Shown: positions 10,147 through 18,055 of the stretch, piece by piece
Position numbering within the stretch: position 1 is the stretch's first letter
How the letters are laid out: every line of letters starts with the position of its first letter
Assembly (NCBI RefSeq): GCF_000237865.1
Contig: NC_017459.1
Location: 2,370,001 to 2,402,000, forward strand
Reading direction: 5' to 3'
Source of the DNA: Haloquadratum walsbyi C23
GTDB taxonomy: Archaea > Halobacteriota > Halobacteria > Halobacteriales > Haloferacaceae
Length of the DNA: 32,000 nt
Notes under the pieces: model-generated
The model's input: the letters and a program-made list of their open reading frames with translations, nothing else
Databases searched by the model: none
What the model was told of the DNA's origin: nothing
Program-made: the position numbers and the translations under genes

Positions 10147-10182
10147 GGCGACAGCCGTCACCCACCAGCGACGGCTGTCGCC
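10147..10182. repeat. Perfect 13-bp inverted repeat (hairpin) 17 nt after the transposase stop
   Basis: GGCGACAGCCGTC (10147-10159), a 10-nt loop, then GACGGCTGTCGCC (10170-10182). Confidence 0.9.
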
Positions 10183-10439
10183 TGTGCCGCGATCATTCAT
10201 CGTTTCTTTCCTTGAACTGCTATTTCTCTTGGCTCAACACGGATGTCACCGACAACTGTTCGATGAGTGAACTCCCATACGATTCTTACCCAGCAGTTCG
10301 TTGGGAGAGAATTTCGCCGGGCTTTATGAACCCAGAACGCGACAGAACGTGGCAACGACCAGAAACAACCCATCAAAGTATGGAAATGAAGATCTCATTT
10401 CCTTCGCTGGTCGTTTGACAGTTTGGAAATGTGGTCCCT

Positions 10440-10660
10440 CTCAAAATCCGCTACTATGGTGGTGCGACGGGGGCTTCAACGGGCGGAGTGAAGCCGCCGA
10501 CCTCCACGGACTCCTCGCGGAGTTCGGGTGTAATTCCAGCCGACCCCTCACGGGGAAGGTCGGAGGGAATTAAATTCGCCTGCGGGTGCTGTGCAGACCC
10601 CAAACGGTGAAGCCTCGGGGCTTGACCCCGAGGTACTCCACTATCACCACCCGGATAATA
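10440..10660. other. GC-rich, hairpin-dense non-coding stretch (candidate structured RNA or element remnant)
   Basis: Stems: 10472-10478/10489-10495, 10507-10514/10519-10526, 10540-10547/10552-10563 and 10613-10620/10626-10633 (8 bp perfect). Overlapping ORFs encode basic, non-halophilic peptides. Confidence 0.35.
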
Positions 10661-10749
10661 ATCAATTCTCTCTTGACAACTCCAGTAATGGATCGAGTGC
10701 CGACGCATATTCAATCGAGCGCATATCGACCCAACGGGCACTGCTCACT

Positions 10750-12555
10750 TCAGAACTCCTCTAACAGGTCGTCCAGCATCGGCCGCAGTTTGTACTTCTG
10801 ATAGTGTTCGTCCCGCATCGTCTCAACATATTCACGCCACTCCTCTAGTTCACCAGCCGCCTGTGCCGCTTCGCCCGCGCGCCTGAGCCACCGGACGGCT
10901 GTCTCGTAGCTATCGTGTTTGCCCTGTTCGACAATCGGTTCAGCCTGGGCTTTGCACGTGCTAATTACCCAGTCCGGTCGCTCCGCAATCACCGCCTGGA
11001 CGACGGGTTCGATGACACTGGTCCGACCGCTTCGCTTCGCAAGGGTGATTGCGTCGTCGTACTCGTTCTCACGGATGAACACCTCTGCTGCCCGAGCAGC
11101 AGTCTCGCCACCGAGCTGTTCAGTGCGGAGATATTCCAGCAAGTCGGTCTTGATCGTCTCCCAGTTGTCGGCAGCGAGTTCTTCGACCGCCTCGAAGGCA
11201 CTCACTGACGGACTCGTCTCGAACGCAGTGATGGCTGCTTCAAGTGCGAGGCTGTCTTCACCAGCGCTGGCTGCCCGATCACGGAGCCATTCCGCCAGCG
11301 CGTCTTTTCCGTATTCCTCGACTGTCAGTCCGTGTTCGGCGACAGTGAAGGCCGCATCCGTGTGGCCATGTTCTCTGAGCGTCTGTGCCAGCGATAAAAG
11401 TGAGTTGGGGTCCGACAGGTGTTCGATTCCATACTCGACCGCCTCCTCGATTCGTCCCATCCCGACCAGCATCTCCGCGTGAGCGAGGTCGGCTCCTGCT
11501 GCTCGCGAGAAGTTGAGATACGCGTTAGGACGGTCCTGACGGGCGAGGATACGCAGACGGACATCAATCACGTCGGGTGCGTACCAACTCCGCTTGTCTT
11601 CTTCGAATTCCCCATGATTGAGGTCGCCCTCCAATGCATGCTGGACACGGTCGTTGTCCCACCCCTCTATTACCGCGTCGGCAGCAGCACCCAGGACCGT
11701 GCCGCTCATGAGATGCGCGAACGTCGTACTCTCGTCCCATTCTCTCAGTTGCTGCTCCCAGTCAGCTCGCTTCTCTTCGGGTAGATCGGCTATGAGGACT
11801 GCCTCGACGAACAACGTACCAAGATCGCCGATCGTCTCGAAGAGGTCCGGGACATCATGTGGCAGCAGCCCGGTCCATCTGTTGGTCACGAGGACCTCTG
11901 TGGTGGCTTCGAGAATGTCGAGTGCCGTCTTGCCGTCACCAGCCTCAATGGCCAGCCGTGCCTGTTCGAGAAGTTCGTCCAGTTCCCCGGACATCCGCTG
12001 TGCTTCTGCATGGGCATCGTTATGACCGCGCTGGCTCGGCTTTGGCAATGCATGCTCGGCCTGCCGCCGAATCGACTCCAAGTTGACCGAGATTGACTCG
12101 TCAGTGGCTACCTCATCGGCGATCTCACTGGGTTCGAGACGGGTTTCAAACCAGTCAGCCACGTCTGACCGCTCCGCAGCGAATTCGACGAGCAACTCTT
12201 CGAGAGTCTCTCGATCCGCATCAGCGAGCAGGTCTGACAGCGGAGGCTGGGCACGCACACGCTCGGGGTTGCGAAGACACGTCAACAGCACGGCAACCCG
12301 GTGTTTGCAGATTCCACCGTGGTCGTAGGGACAGGAACAGTCCGTGTGAGCAACGCCGATGTCGTCGAAATTAATTGTGATTGTGTAGGGCTGGTACTGG
12401 CTTCCCTCGACATCAGCCCTGACTCTGTCTCCGCGTCGCACCACGTCACTGACTGCTTCCTGCTCGTAGTACGACTGTCCCCGCTGGTAGGAGTTGGATC
12501 TGGCCAGTTCCCTGATCGTTGCTTCCGTCAGGGGTGGCCACTCGTCATCATTCAT
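10750..12555 (-). CDS. SWIM zinc-finger protein with long alpha-helical (TPR-like) C-terminal region
   Basis: CxC..CxH SWIM signature in HTDCSCPYDHGGICKHRVAVLL near the N-terminus. 601 aa, acidic. Its GC is visibly higher than the flanks, and several long antisense shadow ORFs run through it. Confidence 0.82.
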   Translation of the reverse strand: MNDDEWPPLTEATIRELARSNSYQRGQSYYEQEAVSDVVRRGDRVRADVEGSQYQPYTITINFDDIGVAHTDCSCPYDHGGICKHRVAVLLTCLRNPERVRAQPPLSDLLADADRETLEELLVEFAAERSDVADWFETRLEPSEIADEVATDESISVNLESIRRQAEHALPKPSQRGHNDAHAEAQRMSGELDELLEQARLAIEAGDGKTALDILEATTEVLVTNRWTGLLPHDVPDLFETIGDLGTLFVEAVLIADLPEEKRADWEQQLREWDESTTFAHLMSGTVLGAAADAVIEGWDNDRVQHALEGDLNHGEFEEDKRSWYAPDVIDVRLRILARQDRPNAYLNFSRAAGADLAHAEMLVGMGRIEEAVEYGIEHLSDPNSLLSLAQTLREHGHTDAAFTVAEHGLTVEEYGKDALAEWLRDRAASAGEDSLALEAAITAFETSPSVSAFEAVEELAADNWETIKTDLLEYLRTEQLGGETAARAAEVFIRENEYDDAITLAKRSGRTSVIEPVVQAVIAERPDWVISTCKAQAEPIVEQGKHDSYETAVRWLRRAGEAAQAAGELEEWREYVETMRDEHYQKYKLRPMLDDLLEEF

Positions 12556-12898
12556 GCTGGTGACTGCTACGAGGGAGGCAGTATTATGTTCTTTTCTGTG
12601 TCGTCCGTGAGCAGTGTGGATACCGGGTGTCGAACGGTTTCAGGAGTTGCTCAACTAGTGGAGTCGGGGTCGTATCTCTCGGCTGCTCGCTTGAGGTCGA
12701 ATTGGAATCGCTCGTCGGATTTTTCGAGTCGCTTGGGATGAACGGTCTGTCCGAGAACTGTCATCAATCTCTCGCGCTGGGCGTCTGTGATCGTGACTGA
12801 TAGTGATTAGTTCGAATAGTTTCACTGACGATGTCGAATGACGCGGGTTCAGCGGCTCTCATCACCGACACGGATAATCACGGCGGTAAAGACTTGCA

Positions 12899-13150
12899 CT
12901 AATCACTATGAATAGTCAACTTCGGTCTGTGGTTCCCAGTGCTGGGGAAATCGGGGAAGTCCTGTTCAAAGGCTGGTTCCGGTGATCTGAGAAACATCAA
13001 GTCTTCTCTGGTATCGGGCGACTGAAGCAGTCGTTTGAGAAGCGTCAGGGCAGCCTCGGGATCAGCGAACACGACGTGTTTTAGCTTTCCCAATGGCCCA
13101 AGATTCACGATCCGTATCGGTTCGGTCAACGATCTGATCGAGAACCCCAA
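12899..13150 (-). CDS. Hypothetical protein, possibly the C-terminal part of a frameshifted gene
   Basis: 83-aa ORF in the GC-rich patch. An upstream out-of-frame ORF (ATG at 13260) reads MSLGEREDELLDTLERSL..GSRAFGDWGSRSD and then stops. Confidence 0.3.
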   Translation of the reverse strand: MGFSIRSLTEPIRIVNLGPLGKLKHVVFADPEAALTLLKRLLQSPDTREDLMFLRSPEPAFEQDFPDFPSTGNHRPKLTIHSD

Positions 13151-13256
13151 TCTCCGAATGCCCGACTGCCCATCCCACCACCGGAATACGTACGGCAGGT
13201 CAGTGTCAATGACCGCTCCAGAGTGTCCAGCAATTCGTCTTCGCGTTCACCGAGGC

Positions 13257-13448
13257 TCATGAGTTCAAACGCAGATCCTCGTGGGACGCGTCGATATCGC
13301 GGTCATACTCATCGGCGATCATCTCCAACGCCGGCTCATAGTTTACCCGGTACTCCAATATGTGCTCGATTGCCTCGTCCAACGGAATGACCGAATTGCC
13401 GTCGATCCACTCGCGAGTGATCCCCCCACTCGTCGGGGATAATGACAA
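13257..13448 (-). CDS. Hypothetical small acidic protein
   Basis: 63-aa ORF with a TTG start. Its stop overlaps (ATGA) the ATG of the next small ORF at 13260. Confidence 0.3.
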   Translation of the reverse strand: MSLSPTSGGITREWIDGNSVIPLDEAIEHILEYRVNYEPALEMIADEYDRDIDASHEDLRLNS

Positions 13449-13509
13449 TGAGTTATGAGATAGTGGGTACTCACTGGGATTCTCACACAGTGTTCATATC
13501 GGTAGGTGA

Positions 13510-13647
13510 CACACCCCACTTTCGAAATGAAATTCGAAACATAGGTAACATTATAGAGATAGCACTCACACACCATCTTCGAAATGAAATCCAAGATATA
13601 ACTAACATAATAAAGATATCACTCACACACCATCTTCGAAATGAAAT
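13510..13647 (-). repeat. Three ORB-1 boxes spaced exactly 57 bp apart
   Basis: CACACCCCACTTTCGAAATGAAAT (13510-13533), then CACACACCATCTTCGAAATGAAAT at 13567-13590 and 13624-13647. Confidence 0.9.
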
Positions 13648-13797
13648 CGGTTCTCTCAGTGAAAAATACAGTCAAACCCGATTTCGAAGATCTACTGTAG
13701 TTACACCACTGTTTCATCAAAGAATTTCATCTCAAAAAATCCACTTTTATCTCTCATGAGGGGTCTCGTGTTCAACTCGACACACGGCAATATTGTG

Positions 13798-14045
13798 TTT
13801 CATCTCGATGAAGGGGTATGAAGGGCGGGTTGTTTCTCAAGTTTGTCAATTTCATTTCGACAGAGGGGTGTTCATTTCATCGATAGTTCACCATGATATG
13901 AACTCTGATGAGATTTCATATCGATTGAGGGGTGTCTGAGCTGATGTTCACCATTTCATATCGATTAAGGGGTTTTCATATCGACTCCGCCCGTTTCATT
14001 TCGATGTCGACCCCTTCATTTCGACAAAGGTTCTCACAGAAGGGG
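13798..14045 (+). repeat. Array of eight ORB-1 cores T(T)TCAT[CTA]TCGA, several followed by a G-string
   Basis: Cores begin at 13798, 13850, 13875, 13914, 13954, 13974, 13994 and 14015. Examples: TTTCATTTCGACAGAGGGGTG and TTTCATATCGATTGAGGGGTG. Confidence 0.88.
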
Positions 14046-14059
14046 TCCCAAGAGATCAT

Positions 14060-15415
14060 ATGAAAGATAATGACTCTGACTTGCGGCAGCCAAATGCCGA
14101 GTCTGGTTCTGGTTGGACACAGGAGTCCGAATCGTCTGTGGTGGATAGCATCCTCGATGGTGACGCACAGACTGTGTTCGAAAATAAGGACCTCGTGGAC
14201 TCGAGTACGATTGTTGATCAAGACAGGATCTACGGTCGCAATGAGCAACTCGCTGCTGAGGCGCGGGCGTTTCGGGATACTCTCGATGGTGAGCGACCAC
14301 CAGATCTGCTTCTCTACAGTCCCAGTGGAACAGGCAAGACGCTGACTGTCAAAGCCGTCGCGAGCAAAGTAAAAGAACGGACCCAAGAGAGTGGTATCGC
14401 GTTCGACTTCGTCGCGGTCAATTTCAAGACGATGGAATCTCACACACTCGACAGGGCAGTGTGGAAGTTGGGTCATCAGACGGCACAGAAAGCAGGCGTG
14501 GGTTGGGATGTGCCTCGATCAGGTGTCTCGACAGATATGAAATACACTCGACGCTACGAGATTGTCAACGAGCACTTTGACTCGCTCGTATTCATCCTCG
14601 ACGAGATCGACGCGCTGACCGGTAGCACGGGCGCAGACGAACCGGCCTACTCCCGGCTTCTCTACAGTCTGAGTCGGGTCATGTCCGAACAACATGTTGA
14701 TACGCAACTATCGACAGTAGTTATAACTAACTACCCGAAGTTCCGCGAGAATCTGGACAGTCGGACAGACAGCTCCTACAACCCGAACGGGATTCACTTC
14801 TCTGACTACGACGCTAACGAGCTCGTCGAAATCCTTGAACGACGTCGAGATGCGTTCAGAGACGACGCCCTCGAGGATGGCGTCATCGAGATTGTGGCTG
14901 CGTATGGTTCCCAAAACGAAGGTGATGCACGTCGAGCAATCGATCTACTCCGGGATGCTGGTGAGATTGCGAACCAAGCGGGCGATTCCACGGTCACTCA
15001 AGACCACGTCAGGTCAGCAAACCAGTCTGTAATGAAGAATCGGGTTCTCGAGATTGTTGGCGGGATATCTGTTCAAAAGAAGTTGTCTCTGTGCGCGGCT
15101 GCGCTTGTCGCAAAAGAGAATGAGCGAGTGGCTCCGAGTCCTGTAGTGTATGATATCTACAAAATTCTCTGTGAGGGGAACAACATGAAAATGTACACGC
15201 AGGAAACGGTAAATAGTCACATCAACAAAGCTGAAACATACGGTGTTCTGGAGAGTGAGCGATCAAGTTCCGGGTTTAAATCAGGAGTCCATCTCGTCTT
15301 TACATTCACCGAGCCCGTTGAGGCTGTCTTGGAAACATTGAATGAAGATAGCCGGCTTCAGGATATTCCGACCGAAGAGCTTGGAAAGGTAGTGAAGAGA
15401 CGCCTTCGAGATTAG
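14060..15415 (+). CDS. orc1: Orc1/Cdc6 AAA+ replication initiator (paralogue 1)
   Basis: Walker A SPSGTGKT, Walker B VFILDEID, sensor region NEGDARRAIDLLRDAGEIA and a C-terminal winged-helix-like region. 451 aa. Confidence 0.9.
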   Translation: MKDNDSDLRQPNAESGSGWTQESESSVVDSILDGDAQTVFENKDLVDSSTIVDQDRIYGRNEQLAAEARAFRDTLDGERPPDLLLYSPSGTGKTLTVKAVASKVKERTQESGIAFDFVAVNFKTMESHTLDRAVWKLGHQTAQKAGVGWDVPRSGVSTDMKYTRRYEIVNEHFDSLVFILDEIDALTGSTGADEPAYSRLLYSLSRVMSEQHVDTQLSTVVITNYPKFRENLDSRTDSSYNPNGIHFSDYDANELVEILERRRDAFRDDALEDGVIEIVAAYGSQNEGDARRAIDLLRDAGEIANQAGDSTVTQDHVRSANQSVMKNRVLEIVGGISVQKKLSLCAAALVAKENERVAPSPVVYDIYKILCEGNNMKMYTQETVNSHINKAETYGVLESERSSSGFKSGVHLVFTFTEPVEAVLETLNEDSRLQDIPTEELGKVVKRRLRD

Positions 15416-15626
15416 TATTCACGAGTTTCAGACAAACGATGGTGAGGTTGTCACGCGACCAGAACCACAACTAAGAGAAAGCAATCTTAAATGGCGATCG
15501 ATTGACCTATTCAGCGGCGCCACTCGATTTCTTGAGGACGGATTTTTTCCCAACGACACGAAATATCCTGAGTTGATGTTTTCATAGCGATTAACCAACA
15601 GCTACCGGAGTATATCATACGTTAGC

Positions 15627-15744
15627 ACCCATTCACACCGAGGGGGTCAAATCAAGAGCCCCATTCACACTGAGGGGTGCTGGATAGCGATTAACAGAAC
15701 AGAGCTTTTAGTTTAGAGGATATCATCGACATTAGTCTCGGAAC
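15627..15744 (+). repeat. Segmental repeat R2a carrying two ORB-2 boxes
   Basis: CCCATTCACACCGAGGGGG (15628-15646) and CCCCATTCACACTGAGGGGTG (15659-15679), followed by GGATAGCGATTAACAGAACAGAGCTTTTAGTTTAGAGG. Aligns with 19948-20056 plus 20222-20240. Confidence 0.88.
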
Positions 15745-16099
15745 GTGATATTTCAATACTGTGGCGTTCATTATACGCGAACTATTCATCAACTACATTC
15801 AAGATATTGAATAAGATAGGAACAATCTCGGTCTGACTCACGTTTTCGTCTGTAATCTCCGTGTGTCGTCGCTAACAACGTGTGCTTACTTGGAGACGTT
15901 GTCGAGATCGTCGAGGTATCTTGATTGGACGATAGGCTTCCTTTGTCCCTATCAGAAAGCTCACTGAAAGAACGCTGGGGCAGAGTCAAAGAGCCGGTTC
16001 GGGAGAGGGGAGATTGTCCCGTGTGTCTAGGTGTCCAAGTGTCAGAGTCATATGAAGGCTGCCAACGAGAAAGTGACAAGTATGTATAATATTTGTAAA

Positions 16100-16278
16100 A
16101 ATAACAACAAGTTATGAGATAGTGGGTACTCACTCGAATCCTCACACGGTGTTCATATCGGTGGGTGACACACACCATCTTCGAAATGAAATCGGTTCTC
16201 TCAGTGAAAAATACAGTCAAACTCGGTTTCGAAGATCTACCATAATTATACTACTGTTTCATCAAAGAATTTCATCTC
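16100..16278 (+). repeat. Segmental repeat R1b, a one-unit copy of R1a (13441-13733)
   Basis: Shares GTTATGAGATAGTGGGTACTCAC..GTTCATATCGGT.GGTGACACAC..TTCGAAATGAAATCGGTTCTCTCAGTGAAAAATACAGTCAAAC..TTTCATCAAAGAATTTCATCTC with R1a. It is 114 bp (two 57-bp units) shorter. Confidence 0.9.
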
Positions 16279-16375
16279 GAAATTAATTATCTAGGAACAA
16301 TCTCTAGGAGCCTCCATACAGTCCGACACAACTGCCACAAGATATTAGTTCTTGATTCACGTATCATGAATTACG

Positions 16376-17002
16376 ATGGTGGTAACAAATGTCCCGGCTG
16401 CGAACGAGAACGGCTCGAAAGAGGGCACCGCACGCTCCTTTATTGCAGCCTCAGAGATACTGGTGAATCCCAACATCGCCAGAGTCTATACTGACATCCT
16501 GCTGAATCAGCCTACTACGAACAGCAGTATCGAGCGTAGACTCGATCTTGCCGGAAGTACAACCTCAATGCGGGTTGGAAAGCTCAAAAACTTAGACATT
16601 GTCGAGGATGTCAGTAGCGGGAAAGAGAGCCAGCTCCGGACTGATTCACTATTTCTCCCCGTTGGGGAGGAAGAGACGCGGATACTGTTTGACCCGCTTA
16701 CGATCGCCGCTTACGGTGCAAGCGGCGAGGTCAGTGAGATCGAACTCTTCGTTGATCGGCACGGCAAGGCGAAGCTGCTGATGGCGGTTGAGCAGACACG
16801 GGCATATCTCAGTGGCGAGGTGACTCGTCGTGGAGCAGCAGACCGCCTCAATGTTGATGAGATCGAGGCTATCAGCATCACGCAGGCGCTAGAGCCAATC
16901 ATTGCCCTGTTTGTCAAAGCAGGGCTCATCGATGATTCCTTCGAGCACGACGTACATGATCGGAAGATTCGAAACACTCCGTACGTGTTTGAGCAGGAAT
17001 GA
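16376..17002 (+). CDS. Winged-helix (ArsR/MarR-like HTH) DNA-binding protein
   Basis: The N-terminal segment NPNIARVYTDILLNQPTTNSSIERRLDLAGSTTSMRVGKLKNLDIVEDV looks like a wHTH. 208 aa, acidic. The stop overlaps the next ATG (ATGA). Confidence 0.55.
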   Translation: MVVTNVPAANENGSKEGTARSFIAASEILVNPNIARVYTDILLNQPTTNSSIERRLDLAGSTTSMRVGKLKNLDIVEDVSSGKESQLRTDSLFLPVGEEETRILFDPLTIAAYGASGEVSEIELFVDRHGKAKLLMAVEQTRAYLSGEVTRRGAADRLNVDEIEAISITQALEPIIALFVKAGLIDDSFEHDVHDRKIRNTPYVFEQE

Positions 17003-17304
17003 GCGATCGGCCGAAATTAATTGACTCTTCACCCCTCTACCCGATCCCGGATGCACTCCTCGTTGACTCGAGCGTCTTGGGTGGAATCGGGCGATCTACT
17101 CCAGAACGACGACAGCTAATCAACTACATTCAGTCGAATGATAAGCAGTTGTACGTCTCTACTGAAGTGGTCAAGGAGTTGAACAAGAAATGTGCTGGTC
17201 CCTACGGTGTCAATGATTGGCTTGATCCAATACGTAACGAGGACTGGATTGCTGCCTTCCAGAGCCGGATTACGGTACGGGAATCCGTGACGACCCTACC
17301 GTGA
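16999..17304 (+). CDS. PIN-like domain protein, N-terminal part (possibly half of a frameshifted gene)
   Basis: LLVDSSVL (first PIN Asp) and VSTEVVKEL (Glu). 4-nt overlaps at both ends (ATGA at 16999, GTGA at 17301). Confidence 0.45.
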   Translation: MSDRPKLIDSSPLYPIPDALLVDSSVLGGIGRSTPERRQLINYIQSNDKQLYVSTEVVKELNKKCAGPYGVNDWLDPIRNEDWIAAFQSRITVRESVTTLP

Positions 17305-17558
17305 GCGAGATGATTGAGGAAGCACACAGAGAATTAGCCAAGCTCGAACAGGAGCGAGAAGATGAACTCCCGAAAACGGACGCCAAATTCGCCGGTAATC
17401 TCGTTCAAATACGGGTGTCTGAGGGTCACGATTCCGTGGGGTTGATCATCGACGACAGGAACGCAGAGCGCGCACTGTCCCAAGTAGTCAGTGAGACGGA
17501 GTACGAGCAATTCTTCCGGATACTGAGGGGACCAGAGGTATTAGAAGAGATACAATAA
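17301..17558 (+). CDS. PIN-like domain protein, C-terminal part
   Basis: KTDAKFAGNLVQI and GLIIDDRNAERAL resemble the third and fourth PIN acidic motifs. This frame is open upstream to 17238, overlapping the end of the previous ORF. An alternative ATG is at 17310. Confidence 0.45.
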   Translation: MSEMIEEAHRELAKLEQEREDELPKTDAKFAGNLVQIRVSEGHDSVGLIIDDRNAERALSQVVSETEYEQFFRILRGPEVLEEIQ

Positions 17559-17603
17559 CGTTCCCCTCTTCATTGGGGTCACCCTCCTCGCGCGGCTTGT
17601 GAG

Positions 17604-17909
17604 ATGAGTATCGATGAGCAGTGGTACGAAACTCAGCTGTCGGTCCCGGTGGTCATCGTCGGCGCGAAGAGCGTCCAAGATGCAATCAACATTGCAGTTG
17701 CGGAAGTCGGTACGCGAACGAAGTCAACAGAAGCACGATCGTCGGAGATCCTCGTCCAAGATGTTATCTATCCCTCATATGTGTATGAAATGAAGCCGGC
17801 GCTCTGTGTGACGGATCTTGCTCTGGTTGCACTGACTGTTATTGTCGAGATGCTGGCAGAGTCTCATGAGGAGAGCGAGCGTATCGCGAAGTGCGAGTTG
17901 TGCGTCTAG
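17604..17909 (+). CDS. DUF555/UPF0212-like small archaeal protein, divergent paralogue
   Basis: The pattern VQDAINIAVAEVGTR ... DLALVALTVIVEMLAESHEESERIAKCEL parallels the UPF0212 family. The position of the family's CPxCG zinc knuckle reads YPSYVYE. Confidence 0.55.
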   Translation: MSIDEQWYETQLSVPVVIVGAKSVQDAINIAVAEVGTRTKSTEARSSEILVQDVIYPSYVYEMKPALCVTDLALVALTVIVEMLAESHEESERIAKCELCV

Positions 17910-18055
17910 ATGAGGGACATCCCGCTCACGGTGTTGGAGACGCGATCGGTTGACGGGGGGAGGATGAAAAGCCAGAAACAAACTTCGCGGATCTTGGTCG
18001 TGAAGTCTAATCCAGAAGCGAAACAAAGCAAACGCAAGGATAATTGCTATAACAA

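Larger units (their letters stand above)
13441..14059. other. Replication origin candidate ori-1: inverted ORB-1 arrays flanking an AT-rich region, directly upstream of orc1/cdc6
   Basis: Three boxes in one orientation (13510-13647), an AT-rich stretch at about 13648-13797, then eight boxes in the opposite orientation (13798-14045). The region ends 15 bp before the orc1 ATG. Confidence 0.8.

Noticed and set aside
8828-10159. Candidate IS terminal inverted repeats GTCGCCTGTCGC (8828-8839) and GCGACAGCCGTC (10148-10159).
   Set aside because: Only 10 of 12 positions match and the match does not extend. The right copy is simply one arm of the 13-bp hairpin, and no flanking target duplication was seen.
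10440-10660. Whether the hairpin-rich block is SRP (7S) RNA or RNase P RNA.
   Set aside because: Neither strand shows the conserved helix-8 GGAAGCAG-type SRP motif or the GAGGAAAGUCC P4 motif of RNase P. It is kept only as an unclassified structured candidate.
10915-12741. Long plus-strand ORFs (for example 10919..11482, 11618..12025, 12301..12741).
   Set aside because: They are antisense shadow ORFs inside or next to the GC-rich SWIM gene. The products are Ser/Arg/Ala-rich and basic, unlike the acidic proteome.
13343-13594. ORFs 13343..13594 and 15789..16220 share the N-terminal peptide FISKMVC..YEH.VRI.VSTHYLIT.
   Set aside because: The shared peptide just mirrors the duplicated R1 origin repeat DNA. 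Both ORFs run across ORB boxes and are not acidic.
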